DNA of 64,000 nucleotides from a virus. Taxonomy: Duplodnaviria; Heunggongvirae; Uroviricota; Caudoviricetes. The notes under the pieces were generated by a model that was not told the DNA's origin, did not search any database, and saw nothing but the letters and a program-made list of their open reading frames with translations. Below are positions 30,046-39,997 of this stretch, in pieces. The position numbers were made by a program, and so were the translations under genes. Position 1 is the first letter of the stretch; every line of letters starts with the position of its first letter. The DNA lies in the IMG/VR virus record IMGVR_UViG_2654587772_000002. One strand, 5' to 3'.

Positions 30046-33022
30046 TATTTAGCTCCTTTGCCACACCTAATAACAGTTCCAGCAATCCGTCACCATTCAT
30101 CAGTGATGCGGCAGCGGCCTCTTTGTCATGATACAACTGAAGAGCCATAGAGAACACTTCCGTTGCTGACGTTTTGGAAATTGTCGGAGATTTGTGTCGA
30201 AATTTACCAGAATTACTCACTGAGACAGGCGGGTATACCTTCGCCATATAAATATCACTCAATCGAGATCTGAAGCACCATTCAGGCTTGCCACGCCCAC
30301 CGATATTAACGAAAGATGGCTTATCCCCTTCAACATTGGCCTTCAGGAATGACCTGGCTTTCTCTAACAAACCCGGGTTACTGTACTCAAGATGATGACC
30401 CAGCTCGTGCCACAGTGCATTTGCATTTTCATCGTGCAAATCGACAGCAACAACACCATTAAGATTTGCATACGCCCTACCCTTGTGGTGAATTACCCTT
30501 GATAAGGTTGATATTTTCCCGCCGGTCAGGCGATAAATATCAGCAAGTTCCTTGCGCAGGTCTATTCCACCATTCTGTCCAGCGCGGGCTTCTTCCACTT
30601 CTTCCGTGATAAAAGAGTCGGCCCACTCAAGAGCTTTTTCTTCTGATACGGATGAGTTGGTGATCGCACTGTTCATGGCAGATAACACTTTCTCGTAGAC
30701 CGAATCCATACTTCGCTGATTCATTTGCCAGCGTTTCTGCGGGATATATGAAAATCGATTGAGTAGCTGGTCAAGCTGCTCAAGTTCTTCTTCACTGACA
30801 TGCTTTTTAGCCTCACCAATAATGCTGGGGAGAATAATGCCGTTAGGATTAAACGCTCGCGAAAGGAAGAGTTTCAGCGCCCCCATGCCCTCCGATGCTT
30901 CAATATCACCAATAACACGGTTAACAATGGCCGCATTCTTCGGATTAACGTCCTCCAACGCCCTAGCTACGATTTGCAGGGACGATACGACCTCACGCTG
31001 CATATCCGTCCTGATCTCATCAATTAACTCTGGCGTTATGCCGTGCTCTTTAAGGATATCCCGGCCTTCCGCCGTTACCCCATCGATATCACCGACATGT
31101 TTATTAACACGACTTTGCAATGCCTTAAATGCCTTCAGAATTCCACGGGCATCATCCGCTTTACTAACGGCCTTCCTGAATGCTGGCAAGAAGTCTGAGT
31201 TAACCTCATTTTGTTGATCGGCCCACTGAATGGAGGCTTCCTTCATCTCGTCCAGAGTCAGATCACCCAACGCGGTATGGTCTGTGAATATGAGCGATAA
31301 CCTCTGAACCATTTCTGCCAATGGTGATACTGATTGCGCCGCGCTAAGGAATGCTTTCACCCTGGTTGGGCGAATGGAAAACCAGTCAATAGCTGGTGGC
31401 ATATCTCCGTTTTGTATCGCCTGCGCTATCTCATCAAAGCCGTCGCGCCCAAGGGAGGATGCGTGATTTAACAATCCGCGAAGTAACGAATTGCTGATAC
31501 CGAATAATCGGCACCATTTATTCACGTCGGCAACAGGCATTCGAACAAAATGCGCAAGCACTTGTACAAGCTGTTCATCCTGGGGATCTCTACGGGAAAG
31601 CAGCCTTATCAGATGAATAATGTCTTTGATGCCGGATGACCGATGTAATAGCAAGCTGGTATATGGAGCAACACCGTTGTAACTACCGCCGGAAACGGAC
31701 TCGAAAAGACCGCCTGATATCCCTTGCATGCCTTCGTTTTCCAGTTCCTGAGACACCTGGCGAAGGATATCCTGTAACGACACATCACCACCGCCAAACA
31801 TATCCCCCAGCGCCTGGCCCTGGTGCTGTAACTCATCATTGATACGTTGAGCCATCAATTTAAAGGCGGTGGCCATACGCTTCGCGCTACGGTTATTCGC
31901 GACGATGAACAACGCGAGAGCTTTCACTTCCGGGGCTGTTTCGCTGAACATATCCCCCTGAGCAATGACATCGGTAATATGCTGGCCTGACTCCTTCGAT
32001 TGCCTTACCAGGTCTACCGCATCTTTCAATGCCGCCAGCGCCTTTTTATCGAGGCTATCCGCTGTCTCAATGCCATCAACAATAGTTGTCACAGCCTGCT
32101 TGTGCGCTTCTCCTGATAAAGCCTGCATCTGGACAAAATCATTGGCTGCCGCATTAAGCGCCGTCAGAACATTACGCATATCCGGATCAGGTTCTTCTGC
32201 AACCATCCTTACCAGGCGCGCATCCTTATATGCCTTGGCAAAGATCGCGTTTTGTATACGGTCTACAAGTTGCCGCGTTGGTCGCCCATCTTCCGTTACA
32301 AGGCCAGCAGCCTGTGTGGCACCAACTTGCGTCATGAATCCGCGAATAAACGCGTCATTACTGCGGCTAAGCAGATCTCCACTTTCTGACGGGTTAAACA
32401 ACGCCATCATCGCCGGTGTTATGCTGTCGGCATCAACAAAAGCCTTTTCACTGGCTGCCATTTCCTGGAGATCAGAAATATTTGAGTCCTTGGCAAACTG
32501 AACACGGTCAGCCTTCGTTAACCGGCGGCGCACCAGTACCGGAGCCGTCATTGATTCAACCTTTTCAGGCCGTATGCCGAATTCGGTCGCATGTTCAATC
32601 AGGTACTCCCGATACCGATCCGCATTACCGTCCTGATAGGCTTTAATGATCCCCATGGTCCGCCCATTACCTGACTCAACGGCATTGTCCTCACCAATTA
32701 TTGGCGCGCCATGGCTGGATAAACCGGAATCGGTAAGCTGGGCAGGACGCAAATCCTTGGATATCTGGTTGACCTGAAGAAGGCTGGATGCGCGGGTCCG
32801 GTCGCGCGGCTGAAGTTCCTGGGGATAGTCTGGATTAATTTTCCCATCCAGAGTATTGGATACCAAAAGAACTGAGGCATCGACGATATCAAACGCTGTT
32901 TTTACCTCGTCTCCCTTCGCTGTCACCACATACGAAACCCGCCCGTAATCGGGCAGGTTTTTTAGCAGCTCGATCAGCGTTTCTATGCTGGTGGCCATCA
33001 CCACCTGATCGCTTAAGCTCAT
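30035..33022 (-). CDS. ddrB: DdrB-like antirestriction-associated virion protein (995 aa)
   Basis: Size and position downstream of darA-ddrA. Confidence 0.55.
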   Translation of the reverse strand: MSLSDQVVMATSIETLIELLKNLPDYGRVSYVVTAKGDEVKTAFDIVDASVLLVSNTLDGKINPDYPQELQPRDRTRASSLLQVNQISKDLRPAQLTDSGLSSHGAPIIGEDNAVESGNGRTMGIIKAYQDGNADRYREYLIEHATEFGIRPEKVESMTAPVLVRRRLTKADRVQFAKDSNISDLQEMAASEKAFVDADSITPAMMALFNPSESGDLLSRSNDAFIRGFMTQVGATQAAGLVTEDGRPTRQLVDRIQNAIFAKAYKDARLVRMVAEEPDPDMRNVLTALNAAANDFVQMQALSGEAHKQAVTTIVDGIETADSLDKKALAALKDAVDLVRQSKESGQHITDVIAQGDMFSETAPEVKALALFIVANNRSAKRMATAFKLMAQRINDELQHQGQALGDMFGGGDVSLQDILRQVSQELENEGMQGISGGLFESVSGGSYNGVAPYTSLLLHRSSGIKDIIHLIRLLSRRDPQDEQLVQVLAHFVRMPVADVNKWCRLFGISNSLLRGLLNHASSLGRDGFDEIAQAIQNGDMPPAIDWFSIRPTRVKAFLSAAQSVSPLAEMVQRLSLIFTDHTALGDLTLDEMKEASIQWADQQNEVNSDFLPAFRKAVSKADDARGILKAFKALQSRVNKHVGDIDGVTAEGRDILKEHGITPELIDEIRTDMQREVVSSLQIVARALEDVNPKNAAIVNRVIGDIEASEGMGALKLFLSRAFNPNGIILPSIIGEAKKHVSEEELEQLDQLLNRFSYIPQKRWQMNQRSMDSVYEKVLSAMNSAITNSSVSEEKALEWADSFITEEVEEARAGQNGGIDLRKELADIYRLTGGKISTLSRVIHHKGRAYANLNGVVAVDLHDENANALWHELGHHLEYSNPGLLEKARSFLKANVEGDKPSFVNIGGRGKPEWCFRSRLSDIYMAKVYPPVSVSNSGKFRHKSPTISKTSATEVFSMALQLYHDKEAAAASLMNGDGLLELLLGVAKELNNAD

Positions 33023-33034
33023 CCCTGTTACGCC

Positions 33035-33400
33035 TTATGCTGCCTCTTTAATGTTGGCGGCTATCCATGCCGCCGTGTGCTGTTTAACCTGGTCCAGATC
33101 GATGTATGTGCCAACATATTGACTCAAGTCCTGCAACGTACCGATAAATGCATCGGTGCTCTGATCGACGAATTTATCAGCCAGGAAATCAGCAACCAGT
33201 TTTGGCACACCATCATGTACCGAAGGTTGTTTTTCCTCGCCACTACCGCCGCCGGACGCGCCGTACCCCATCTGTTGCATGATCTGGTCAATTTCATCGC
33301 TGATATCCAGCAACTCCATGCCACTCGCGGTAGCCGCTTTGGACATCAGAGCATCCAACTTATCGCTGAGATCCATTAACTCAATAGCTGATAGTGTCAT
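33035..33400 (-). CDS. ddrA: DdrA-like protein (121 aa)
   Basis: Size/position; overlaps darA stop. Confidence 0.55.
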   Translation of the reverse strand: MTLSAIELMDLSDKLDALMSKAATASGMELLDISDEIDQIMQQMGYGASGGGSGEEKQPSVHDGVPKLVADFLADKFVDQSTDAFIGTLQDLSQYVGTYIDLDQVKQHTAAWIAANIKEAA

Positions 33401-35316
33401 GCCGCTACCCCCGCTTTCTGGATTGCTACCAGCAGATCAGCCAGGTGGCGAGCTGCGCCGTTAACCAGCTCTTCGTTTTCCTCAAAACGTCCGGCAGCCT
33501 GAAGGGCTGCAATCGCTTCCCGGACATTGCCCCGGGCGTTACGGATCTCCGCCATGTCAGTGCTTTGTATATCCATCACGTTATTGAGATATTCAATGGC
33601 TTTATTAGCCTCTGCATCTGCTTCGCTAACCGTTTCATCAGGCTGTGCCGGGGCCGGTTCTGGCTGAGTAATCTCACCGACTTCGGCCTGCAATGCATTG
33701 ATCATGCTCTGCACCATTTTCTCGGTGCCAGCGCCCCCAGGAAACGCAATATTGGGGAAAGTTTTTTGAAACTGAGTTTTCAGCATTACGCGGAACTCGT
33801 CTGGTGAGCTGGTGGCCAGCTCCAGAGCTTTTTGTGCATATTTGCCAAACGGACCATTAGTAAGTGTCTTCGCCAGGAAGTCGAAAGAATCCTCGCGAGG
33901 CAATAACTTCAGGTCGTACTCACTCATTTGCTGATCAGAAAGCGGGGTATCGTAAGTAGCAATGCCGTAGCGTGCATATTCATAATACGGGTCACCTTCA
34001 TCAGGGCGCGGCAGAATTGCTTTGTTACCTTCAGGTATTGCGCCAGGGGCCGCCGGACGCATTTGCAGGGCATATCGATATGCACCTACAGAGACTTCTG
34101 GTTCAGGCGAAGAGCTACCGGTATCCTCCGCTGGTTCAGGCTCGACGTTTTCCGGTTTATGTTCTTCTGGTTGGACCAGGTATTCCGATACATTACCCGC
34201 TTTATAGGCTTTAAACAGCTTGCCGATCGCATCTGCCATGTCCACACCCTGTATGGATTTAGCCTTGATCATGTATACGCTGCCATCCGGATCGGTTAAC
34301 TGGATATACCCTTCGCCGCCCCCAATGAATTGCTTCATTGATGCACCATTACTGAGCGTCACTTCCCCGTCCATATGCATACGATTTTTGATACTGGCAA
34401 GGCGATCCGTCAGCGCGCGAGAGTGCCCACCAGTCATCCCCGCTGGAGCAATGGTATCGCGCCCACCAGTGCGATTGAGCTGATCAATCTCCGTCTGCAA
34501 ACGCTCATTCTCTTCATAAAGAGAATCCGCTTCCGATGCAACAGCGTTAATTTTCTGCTCCAGATCTGCCTTCTGCCCTTCTACCGCTGCCACCTGATCC
34601 GCGAGGTCGCTCATGGCATCCTCTTTCTGGTCACTGTCAGCCTGTAGTTGGGTTATTTCATCAACAAGGGCTTTTTTCTTCTTCTGCGCACGCTGGAATT
34701 TTGCCGAGTTTTTCTCTGCAAGGTTGGCAAGTTTCATGGTGACCTGCGCCAGCGTCATATCACGTCCACTCATCGGAGCAACGGTGTGAGTAACGTCTTT
34801 TTTATTCAGTAAGAACTGGAAAGCAACCAGCGTATCGCTATTGGTGATCCGGTTTTCCGCTGTCGGGCTATGAAACAGAATGCTGATAGTCTGACCATCA
34901 CTGAGCGGAATAATGGCTGGCAGGACTGGCAGCCCGTTAACGTTACGTGCCCGGCCAATTTCAGCGCCGCCGATCGCGCGCGCGCCGCTCTGGGCCACAT
35001 CCCCCGTTTTATCACTCCCCGCAGAGATTCCGGTACCATTCAGCTTCTGGTTCAATGCCCGGACAAATGCCTGCATGGTCCGGTGTAACTGCAAACGAGT
35101 AGAACTAATCGCCTCCAATAAATCCGTAGCACACCAGTGGATCGGCGTGTCATAGAAGAACGTTGCCTCGATTTCCTCCAGGGTGTTGGATTCCGTCATC
35201 AGATAGCGGTCCTGACCAGCCATTAATGCGCGATATTCATCATCAGTCACCGGCGGGGGAAGCACGTCAAGCCCCGGCTTAATCGTCACCCCTTTATTGA
35301 TATTGAACTGTTCCAT
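33397..35316 (-). CDS. darA: DarA-like antirestriction/head protein (639 aa)
   Basis: Size/position in lydA-lydB-hdf-darA-ddrA-ddrB arrangement. Confidence 0.6.
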   Translation of the reverse strand: MEQFNINKGVTIKPGLDVLPPPVTDDEYRALMAGQDRYLMTESNTLEEIEATFFYDTPIHWCATDLLEAISSTRLQLHRTMQAFVRALNQKLNGTGISAGSDKTGDVAQSGARAIGGAEIGRARNVNGLPVLPAIIPLSDGQTISILFHSPTAENRITNSDTLVAFQFLLNKKDVTHTVAPMSGRDMTLAQVTMKLANLAEKNSAKFQRAQKKKKALVDEITQLQADSDQKEDAMSDLADQVAAVEGQKADLEQKINAVASEADSLYEENERLQTEIDQLNRTGGRDTIAPAGMTGGHSRALTDRLASIKNRMHMDGEVTLSNGASMKQFIGGGEGYIQLTDPDGSVYMIKAKSIQGVDMADAIGKLFKAYKAGNVSEYLVQPEEHKPENVEPEPAEDTGSSSPEPEVSVGAYRYALQMRPAAPGAIPEGNKAILPRPDEGDPYYEYARYGIATYDTPLSDQQMSEYDLKLLPREDSFDFLAKTLTNGPFGKYAQKALELATSSPDEFRVMLKTQFQKTFPNIAFPGGAGTEKMVQSMINALQAEVGEITQPEPAPAQPDETVSEADAEANKAIEYLNNVMDIQSTDMAEIRNARGNVREAIAALQAAGRFEENEELVNGAARHLADLLVAIQKAGVAA

Positions 35317-35317
35317 G

Positions 35318-35929
35318 TTAATTTCCTGCTTTCAGTTGCTTAAGACGGCGTTTGAGTTCGCCATTCCGTGCCTTTTCGTTATTGAGTCGGCCCGTCTCCT
35401 TATCCAACTTCGCCCGCAAATCTGTGATCTGCTGTTGATTGAAAGACACCGAATTCTGCGCGGACTTATAAGCGGCAACCACCTGAGCATTCCGCTGTTT
35501 TGCTTCTTGCAGGCGCTGAAAGTTGGATTTAACTGCCGGTTTCTTGTCTACCGGATTGGCAACACGCTTCGCTTTGGCGATCAGTGATTTCTGGAATTTC
35601 GCAGAGTTTTTGCGGGCCGCTTGCCCCATGACGGTACCAAGCGTCTTGATATCTGGCGACTGTGCGTTAGGAATAGATTTTCCATTCAGTTTCACAGCCG
35701 ATATATCACCAGTATCGTTTACCTGTATGGCAAGAATTTGTCCGTCGTTAAGAACCAGTTTTGCGGTTTTAACTTTAACGCCATCTTTCGTTGTTGCGCG
35801 GTTGCTGGAGTCAACCTCAATTACCGTAACACCGGTTTTATTGATCGCCGCGATAAGGGATTTCAGCCCCTTTTCATTAACCTGGTCAAAATCGACCGTT
35901 GCATACTTATTTTTCGTCATCTGACACAT
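35318..35929 (-). CDS. Hdf-like protein (203 aa), basic coiled-coil C-terminus
   Basis: Position between lydB and darA. Confidence 0.45.
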   Translation of the reverse strand: MCQMTKNKYATVDFDQVNEKGLKSLIAAINKTGVTVIEVDSSNRATTKDGVKVKTAKLVLNDGQILAIQVNDTGDISAVKLNGKSIPNAQSPDIKTLGTVMGQAARKNSAKFQKSLIAKAKRVANPVDKKPAVKSNFQRLQEAKQRNAQVVAAYKSAQNSVSFNQQQITDLRAKLDKETGRLNNEKARNGELKRRLKQLKAGN

Positions 35930-36350
35930 CCTGTGCGAGATTTATTACGTAACTTCTGCGGATTTGCTGAGTAACAGGGAAAATCCGATACAACGGGTTA
36001 ATGAACGAGTCGCCATGCGTAACCATGACGTTGAAATGCCACAGTCGCTCTCCTTTACCCATATATTCAGTGGGTATGTACAACCATTCACTGTTTTCGC
36101 CCTGTTCAGCCGACGTCAGACAACGTTGTTCGCCTTCAATCACTGTCGTCGGCTTCTGAACATCGCGGATCCAATATCTGACCGTTGCGCCGCGCAAAAA
36201 CGGGAATTTAGACCGGTATTTGAACGGCACCCGAATGAAACCCGGTTTAATTTCCACATCACCAAGTTCTAAATGCGTGATGTCCTTGCGTTTTAGCAAA
36301 TAGCGATCGGCTAAGGCTAACGCAAGAACGCATACACCCCAGCCAATCAT
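35907..36350 (-). CDS. lydB: LydB-like antiholin (147 aa)
   Basis: Coupled downstream of holin gene. Confidence 0.55.
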   Translation of the reverse strand: MIGWGVCVLALALADRYLLKRKDITHLELGDVEIKPGFIRVPFKYRSKFPFLRGATVRYWIRDVQKPTTVIEGEQRCLTSAEQGENSEWLYIPTEYMGKGERLWHFNVMVTHGDSFINPLYRIFPVTQQIRRSYVINLAQDVSDDEK

Positions 36351-36676
36351 TTCCCACCTCCCTTTTTCACCAAACTTGTAAGAACATTCAGAATGCTATC
36401 GATATTCACTCGTTTCATCCCTGAAATCACCTCATGACCGTTATTGCTGGCTATCGTTACCATTAAGTACGTAATTGATAACTCCCAGCCTTCGTGTTGC
36501 CCCAATAGGTACGCCACCGCGCCAGCTGTCACTGCAACAAAGATCTCCGTAACCAATCCCAACAAGTTGCCAGACTGGCGACCATCTCGGACATCCATCA
36601 GGAACGTGCCTATCCCACCAATTACTGAAAGCAGGAGCGCAATAGCAACTGGAGCTAATTCCTGTGTGTCAAGCAC
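36347..36676 (-). CDS. lydA: LydA-like holin (109 aa)
   Basis: Multiple TM segments in 109-aa protein, SD GAGGGA upstream. Confidence 0.65.
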   Translation of the reverse strand: MLDTQELAPVAIALLLSVIGGIGTFLMDVRDGRQSGNLLGLVTEIFVAVTAGAVAYLLGQHEGWELSITYLMVTIASNNGHEVISGMKRVNIDSILNVLTSLVKKGGGK

Positions 36677-36778
36677 AAGTTCCCTCCTACGTTGTCAGGA
36701 GGTAATGGTATGCAAAGTAACTTCTCAACCGGTCATGTTACTTGACATCCTCCACGTCCTTTAGAGCGTGGAGGATGT

Positions 36779-37600
36779 GTGCGCCCAGCATGGGCGCGAT
36801 CTTGGAGGTGAAAGCCCTCCCGCGAGCTGACCACAGCGAGCGAAAGGAAGTGCAACTGCGTGAGGGCGGCTAGGCGTGGGGAGGAAGCACGGAATGAACC
36901 CGTGAGCCGATGAACAAGAATCGGATATGAGGCGCGATGGAGCAAGGCGAGCAGGCACATCACTGCGAAGCTTTCGTGACAAAGTCGCGTAGATCCGACG
37001 GTTGTGCGGGGAAGGATCGCGTTCTTACCTGGGGAGTTCTCGCCTCATGCCTGAAAGGGCAACGTCGTAAGACGGAGCGAGAAGTCAGCAGAGGCCGTAG
37101 TAGTCAGGACTCCGACGAAGGGCCGAACGAGAAGGAAAGCCAAAAGATATGACTCTTGACAGGACATTGCGTCAGAAGCCGGGGAAGCCCGGTACGGACC
37201 CGCATGCCGGGTGGTGTGGCAGGGGCGCAGCCTTGTGCTCCCCCCTATGCCGATCAAGCAGAACATTGTGCTGGGCCTCTGACGCATCTCCTTGATGGTC
37301 TTGGCATCGTGCTTAAGTGGATTGGTGTCGTCTCTGATAGGCTCATGGAGGCAGAATGAAACTCAAAAATCCGGGACAGCACGCAAAACAGGCTGCACAA
37401 AAAGCGCAGGTTGCGTAGGAGTGGAATCCCGCTCCCAAAAAATGGTGCAGAAGTTGCGGCAGTGGTCATCCGACGCACTGGAAAATAACAAACCCGCCGT
37501 GACCAGAATCGGAGGCCTGAGGGAGTGACCGTAAAACCGGATAACCCAGGCAGCAAATACCCGCTGGATGAGGCATGGTTCCGGCAGATAATACCGAAAA
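36779..37600 (+). ncRNA. GC-rich non-coding block with group II intron-like 5' end (GTGCGCCCAG), preceded by a perfect hairpin (36746-36777); possibly ORF-less or degenerate intron or other large structured RNA
   Basis: No credible ORF on either strand across ~0.9 kb; 5' end resembles the Ll.LtrB intron start as I recall it; many GNRA-type tetraloop motifs; 3' boundary and domain V not identified. Confidence 0.3.
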
Positions 37601-37674
37601 CCGCCAGACACACTGGATAATCAGTAGAAATAACCCATTAAAATCATTATAATAATTGGGCACATTATTATATT

Positions 37675-38238
37675 ATGCTGAATAATAGAGACATGAATAT
37701 TAATGAACTTAAAGACTGTATTCACTATGAAGTAATCGGTAGCGAGCGTCCTTTCTCCTGGCGAAAGGCAATTGTTCGCGCAATAAAACATAGAAGAGTT
37801 CGTTATTTATTTTGGTGGCGCATAGCCAAATACCTTTTTGATAAAGGCGGATACTGTCGGAAGATTGCGGGGAAAATGGAACGTTTCATTCTTGATAAAT
37901 ATAGTGTAACAGTCCCTTTAACTGTAAATATAGGGAAAGGCTTTGATATTTCTTATCTCAACGGTGTTGTTATCGGTCACAAAGTAACCATTGGTGAAAA
38001 TTGTTCAATAAAACCAGGGGTAACTATTGGGCTACGTGGTGATTTTAATGATATGGATATTGTTATAGGACATAATGTGACCATTGGTTGTAATGCCACC
38101 ATTCTTGGTGGCAAAGTGCGTATAGGAAACAATGTCACAATAGGTGCTCATGCATTGGTATTGCATGATATTCCTGATGATTCAACATTCATCACTAAAT
38201 TTCAGTCTGAAGTTATCTGCTCGTCCTCTTGCACATAA
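37675..38238 (+). CDS. Hexapeptide-repeat (left-handed beta-helix) O-acetyltransferase, CysE/WbbJ-like (187 aa)
   Basis: Tandem hexapeptide repeats ([21 protein letters not shown]...[32 protein letters not shown]); AT-rich. Confidence 0.7.
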   Translation: MLNNRDMNINELKDCIHYEVIGSERPFSWRKAIVRAIKHRRVRYLFWWRIAKYLFDKGGYCRKIAGKMERFILDKYSVTVPLTVNIGKGFDISYLNGVVIGHKVTIGENCSIKPGVTIGLRGDFNDMDIVIGHNVTIGCNATILGGKVRIGNNVTIGAHALVLHDIPDDSTFITKFQSEVICSSSCT

Positions 38239-38819
38239 CCCTGATTCATCAGCTCTGGCCATACGATATCCGGAGCTGTACTGGTGTCAATTCGACTCAC
38301 TAATACTCTGTATTTTCTCCAGGAATCCAGTTGTGAATTTTCCTCGGTTGTTGCTATTTCAAGATTAACTGCATCCTGCAGAATTGCGATGTTATCTGTT
38401 GCCTCCTGAATCAACCTTGCCTTTTTCTCTTCCGCTTCCCGTATCCGAAACAGTTTTTCTGCTTCCTCATCCTTCACCCAGGATACGCCGTCCCACTTCT
38501 GATACTCCCCTGCTGGCGACAACCAGGTGACATTCTCTGGTAACGGTCCGAGTTCAGAAATAAACAACGCGTCCCCCGATGCCACGTCATAGACCGTTTT
38601 ACCACGATGGTCTTCAACAATAATCCATGATTCATTTTCACTGTTAAAAACTGCCACAAAGCCAGCAGGAATTTCCGGTGGGGCGATATCTGTAGAATTA
38701 GCTGGTAGCCCTGTATGAGGTGGAATATATGCGTCACCTTCACCAATAAACTCATTAGTTCCGGCGAGCAGGTTATAAATTTTTACAGTACGTGATTGTT
38801 CACTCATTCTGAATGCCAT
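38202..38819 (-). CDS. Tail fibre assembly chaperone (Tfa/U-like), 205 aa
   Basis: N-terminus MAFRMSEQ...[42 protein letters not shown] matches the lambda/E. coli Tfa family. Confidence 0.85.
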   Translation of the reverse strand: MAFRMSEQSRTVKIYNLLAGTNEFIGEGDAYIPPHTGLPANSTDIAPPEIPAGFVAVFNSENESWIIVEDHRGKTVYDVASGDALFISELGPLPENVTWLSPAGEYQKWDGVSWVKDEEAEKLFRIREAEEKKARLIQEATDNIAILQDAVNLEIATTEENSQLDSWRKYRVLVSRIDTSTAPDIVWPELMNQGYVQEDEQITSD

Positions 38820-39709
38820 TATGCAAGCCTCACAATATAATTAAATGCGATGTTTTTAACGGTGTTTTCCGAGTTACCAGCAGCGTTAACGGTGATGGTG
38901 TGTCCATGTGAACCAATCGCAACAGAGTGCGTATGAGCGCCAATATCAACTGTATGTGCATGCGCCCCTGCACTTGCAGCGGTGCCTGATACTGAGTGGG
39001 TGTGTGCACCAGAAGAAGGCACAGTTCCATTCCCCACCACAGTGCCGCTTGATGAGCCATCAAGCCAGTCGAAATTCATACCGCCACCATCTGGTCTCCT
39101 TAATGGAACGGTATGAGTATGTGCGCCAGCACTATTTGCAGTACCAGATACATTGTGGGTATGTGCACCTGTGTTATTCGTTGATTTAGTACCGTAATCA
39201 AACGAAGATGTGGTTTTCGTACCCAAATCCGTATTGGATGCGCTGGCGCTGTGGGTGTGCGATTTAATGCCATCCTGTTCCAGAGACAATACGTCCCGAC
39301 CACTGGCGGGTTTGCCCTTGATTGTCCAGCCACGCATATCCGGGATCACGCCTGACGGATAAGCGGCTGCAAGTTTCGGGTATGCAGATTTGTCAAAAGT
39401 CTGTCCCTGCATCAGGGCGTAACCAGACGGCACAGTATCTGATGGCCACGGATGCGGAACACCAACAGGAAGGACCTCAATATCCCCGGAACCATCAAAC
39501 GAAACGTTATTAATTTTACGGGCTGTTTTCAGCTTTGTAGCCGTTGAGGCATTGCCGGACAGCTCACCAGAAATGCCACCAACAACTGTTAGATCACCAG
39601 TTATTGTGCCGCCTGAACTTTCCAGTTTTTTAGCAACATCACTCTTAATAGAGTCGATTTCTTTTTTCAGATTAGTTATATCTGCTGGTATCGTTGTCAC
39701 TGTTGCCAT
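38819..39709 (-). CDS. Distal tail fibre / receptor-binding protein with HxH repeats (296 aa)
   Basis: Repeated GAHTHxV and SGAHTH motifs typical of fibre tips; coupled to tfa. Confidence 0.7.
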   Translation of the reverse strand: MATVTTIPADITNLKKEIDSIKSDVAKKLESSGGTITGDLTVVGGISGELSGNASTATKLKTARKINNVSFDGSGDIEVLPVGVPHPWPSDTVPSGYALMQGQTFDKSAYPKLAAAYPSGVIPDMRGWTIKGKPASGRDVLSLEQDGIKSHTHSASASNTDLGTKTTSSFDYGTKSTNNTGAHTHNVSGTANSAGAHTHTVPLRRPDGGGMNFDWLDGSSSGTVVGNGTVPSSGAHTHSVSGTAASAGAHAHTVDIGAHTHSVAIGSHGHTITVNAAGNSENTVKNIAFNYIVRLA

Positions 39710-39718
39710 ATTAATTCC

Positions 39719-39997
39719 TTACGCCCATTCCCGCAGCGGTTGTTCTAATTGAACTTCAAAACCATCAAACATTTGTTGTTTCAAACTGTTGTTTAAAATA
39801 CGAACATTAACGAAGAAGCCATCATTTTTAATCACTGTTGGTTCTTCGTTCTCGCCGTTTGGTATTTCGGTATATGTAACACCTACAACATCAAGAAGAA
39901 TGTTGTTTTGCAGCTCTTCATTATCGTGCCAGGATATACTCTCTAAAAAAGAGTCGTATTCTGCCCTGTCTCTGAATTTCAACGTGATATCTTTCAT
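39719..39997 (-). CDS. Small protein (92 aa) coupled to S, possible fibre chaperone
   Basis: ATG overlaps S stop (TAATG). Confidence 0.35.
   Translation of the reverse strand: MKDITLKFRDRAEYDSFLESISWHDNEELQNNILLDVVGVTYTEIPNGENEEPTVIKNDGFFVNVRILNNSLKQQMFDGFEVQLEQPLREWA

Noticed and set aside
36779-37600. Calling the GC-rich block a complete, functional group II intron
   Set aside because: Could not identify a convincing domain V hairpin (AGC triad with bulged 3' strand) or a reverse transcriptase ORF; reported only as group II intron-like or unknown structured RNA
37254-37613. 119-aa minus-strand ORF and other 70-120-aa ORFs within the GC-rich block
   Set aside because: Arg/Pro/Ser-rich translations in multiple overlapping frames with no start signals; consistent with non-coding GC-rich DNA
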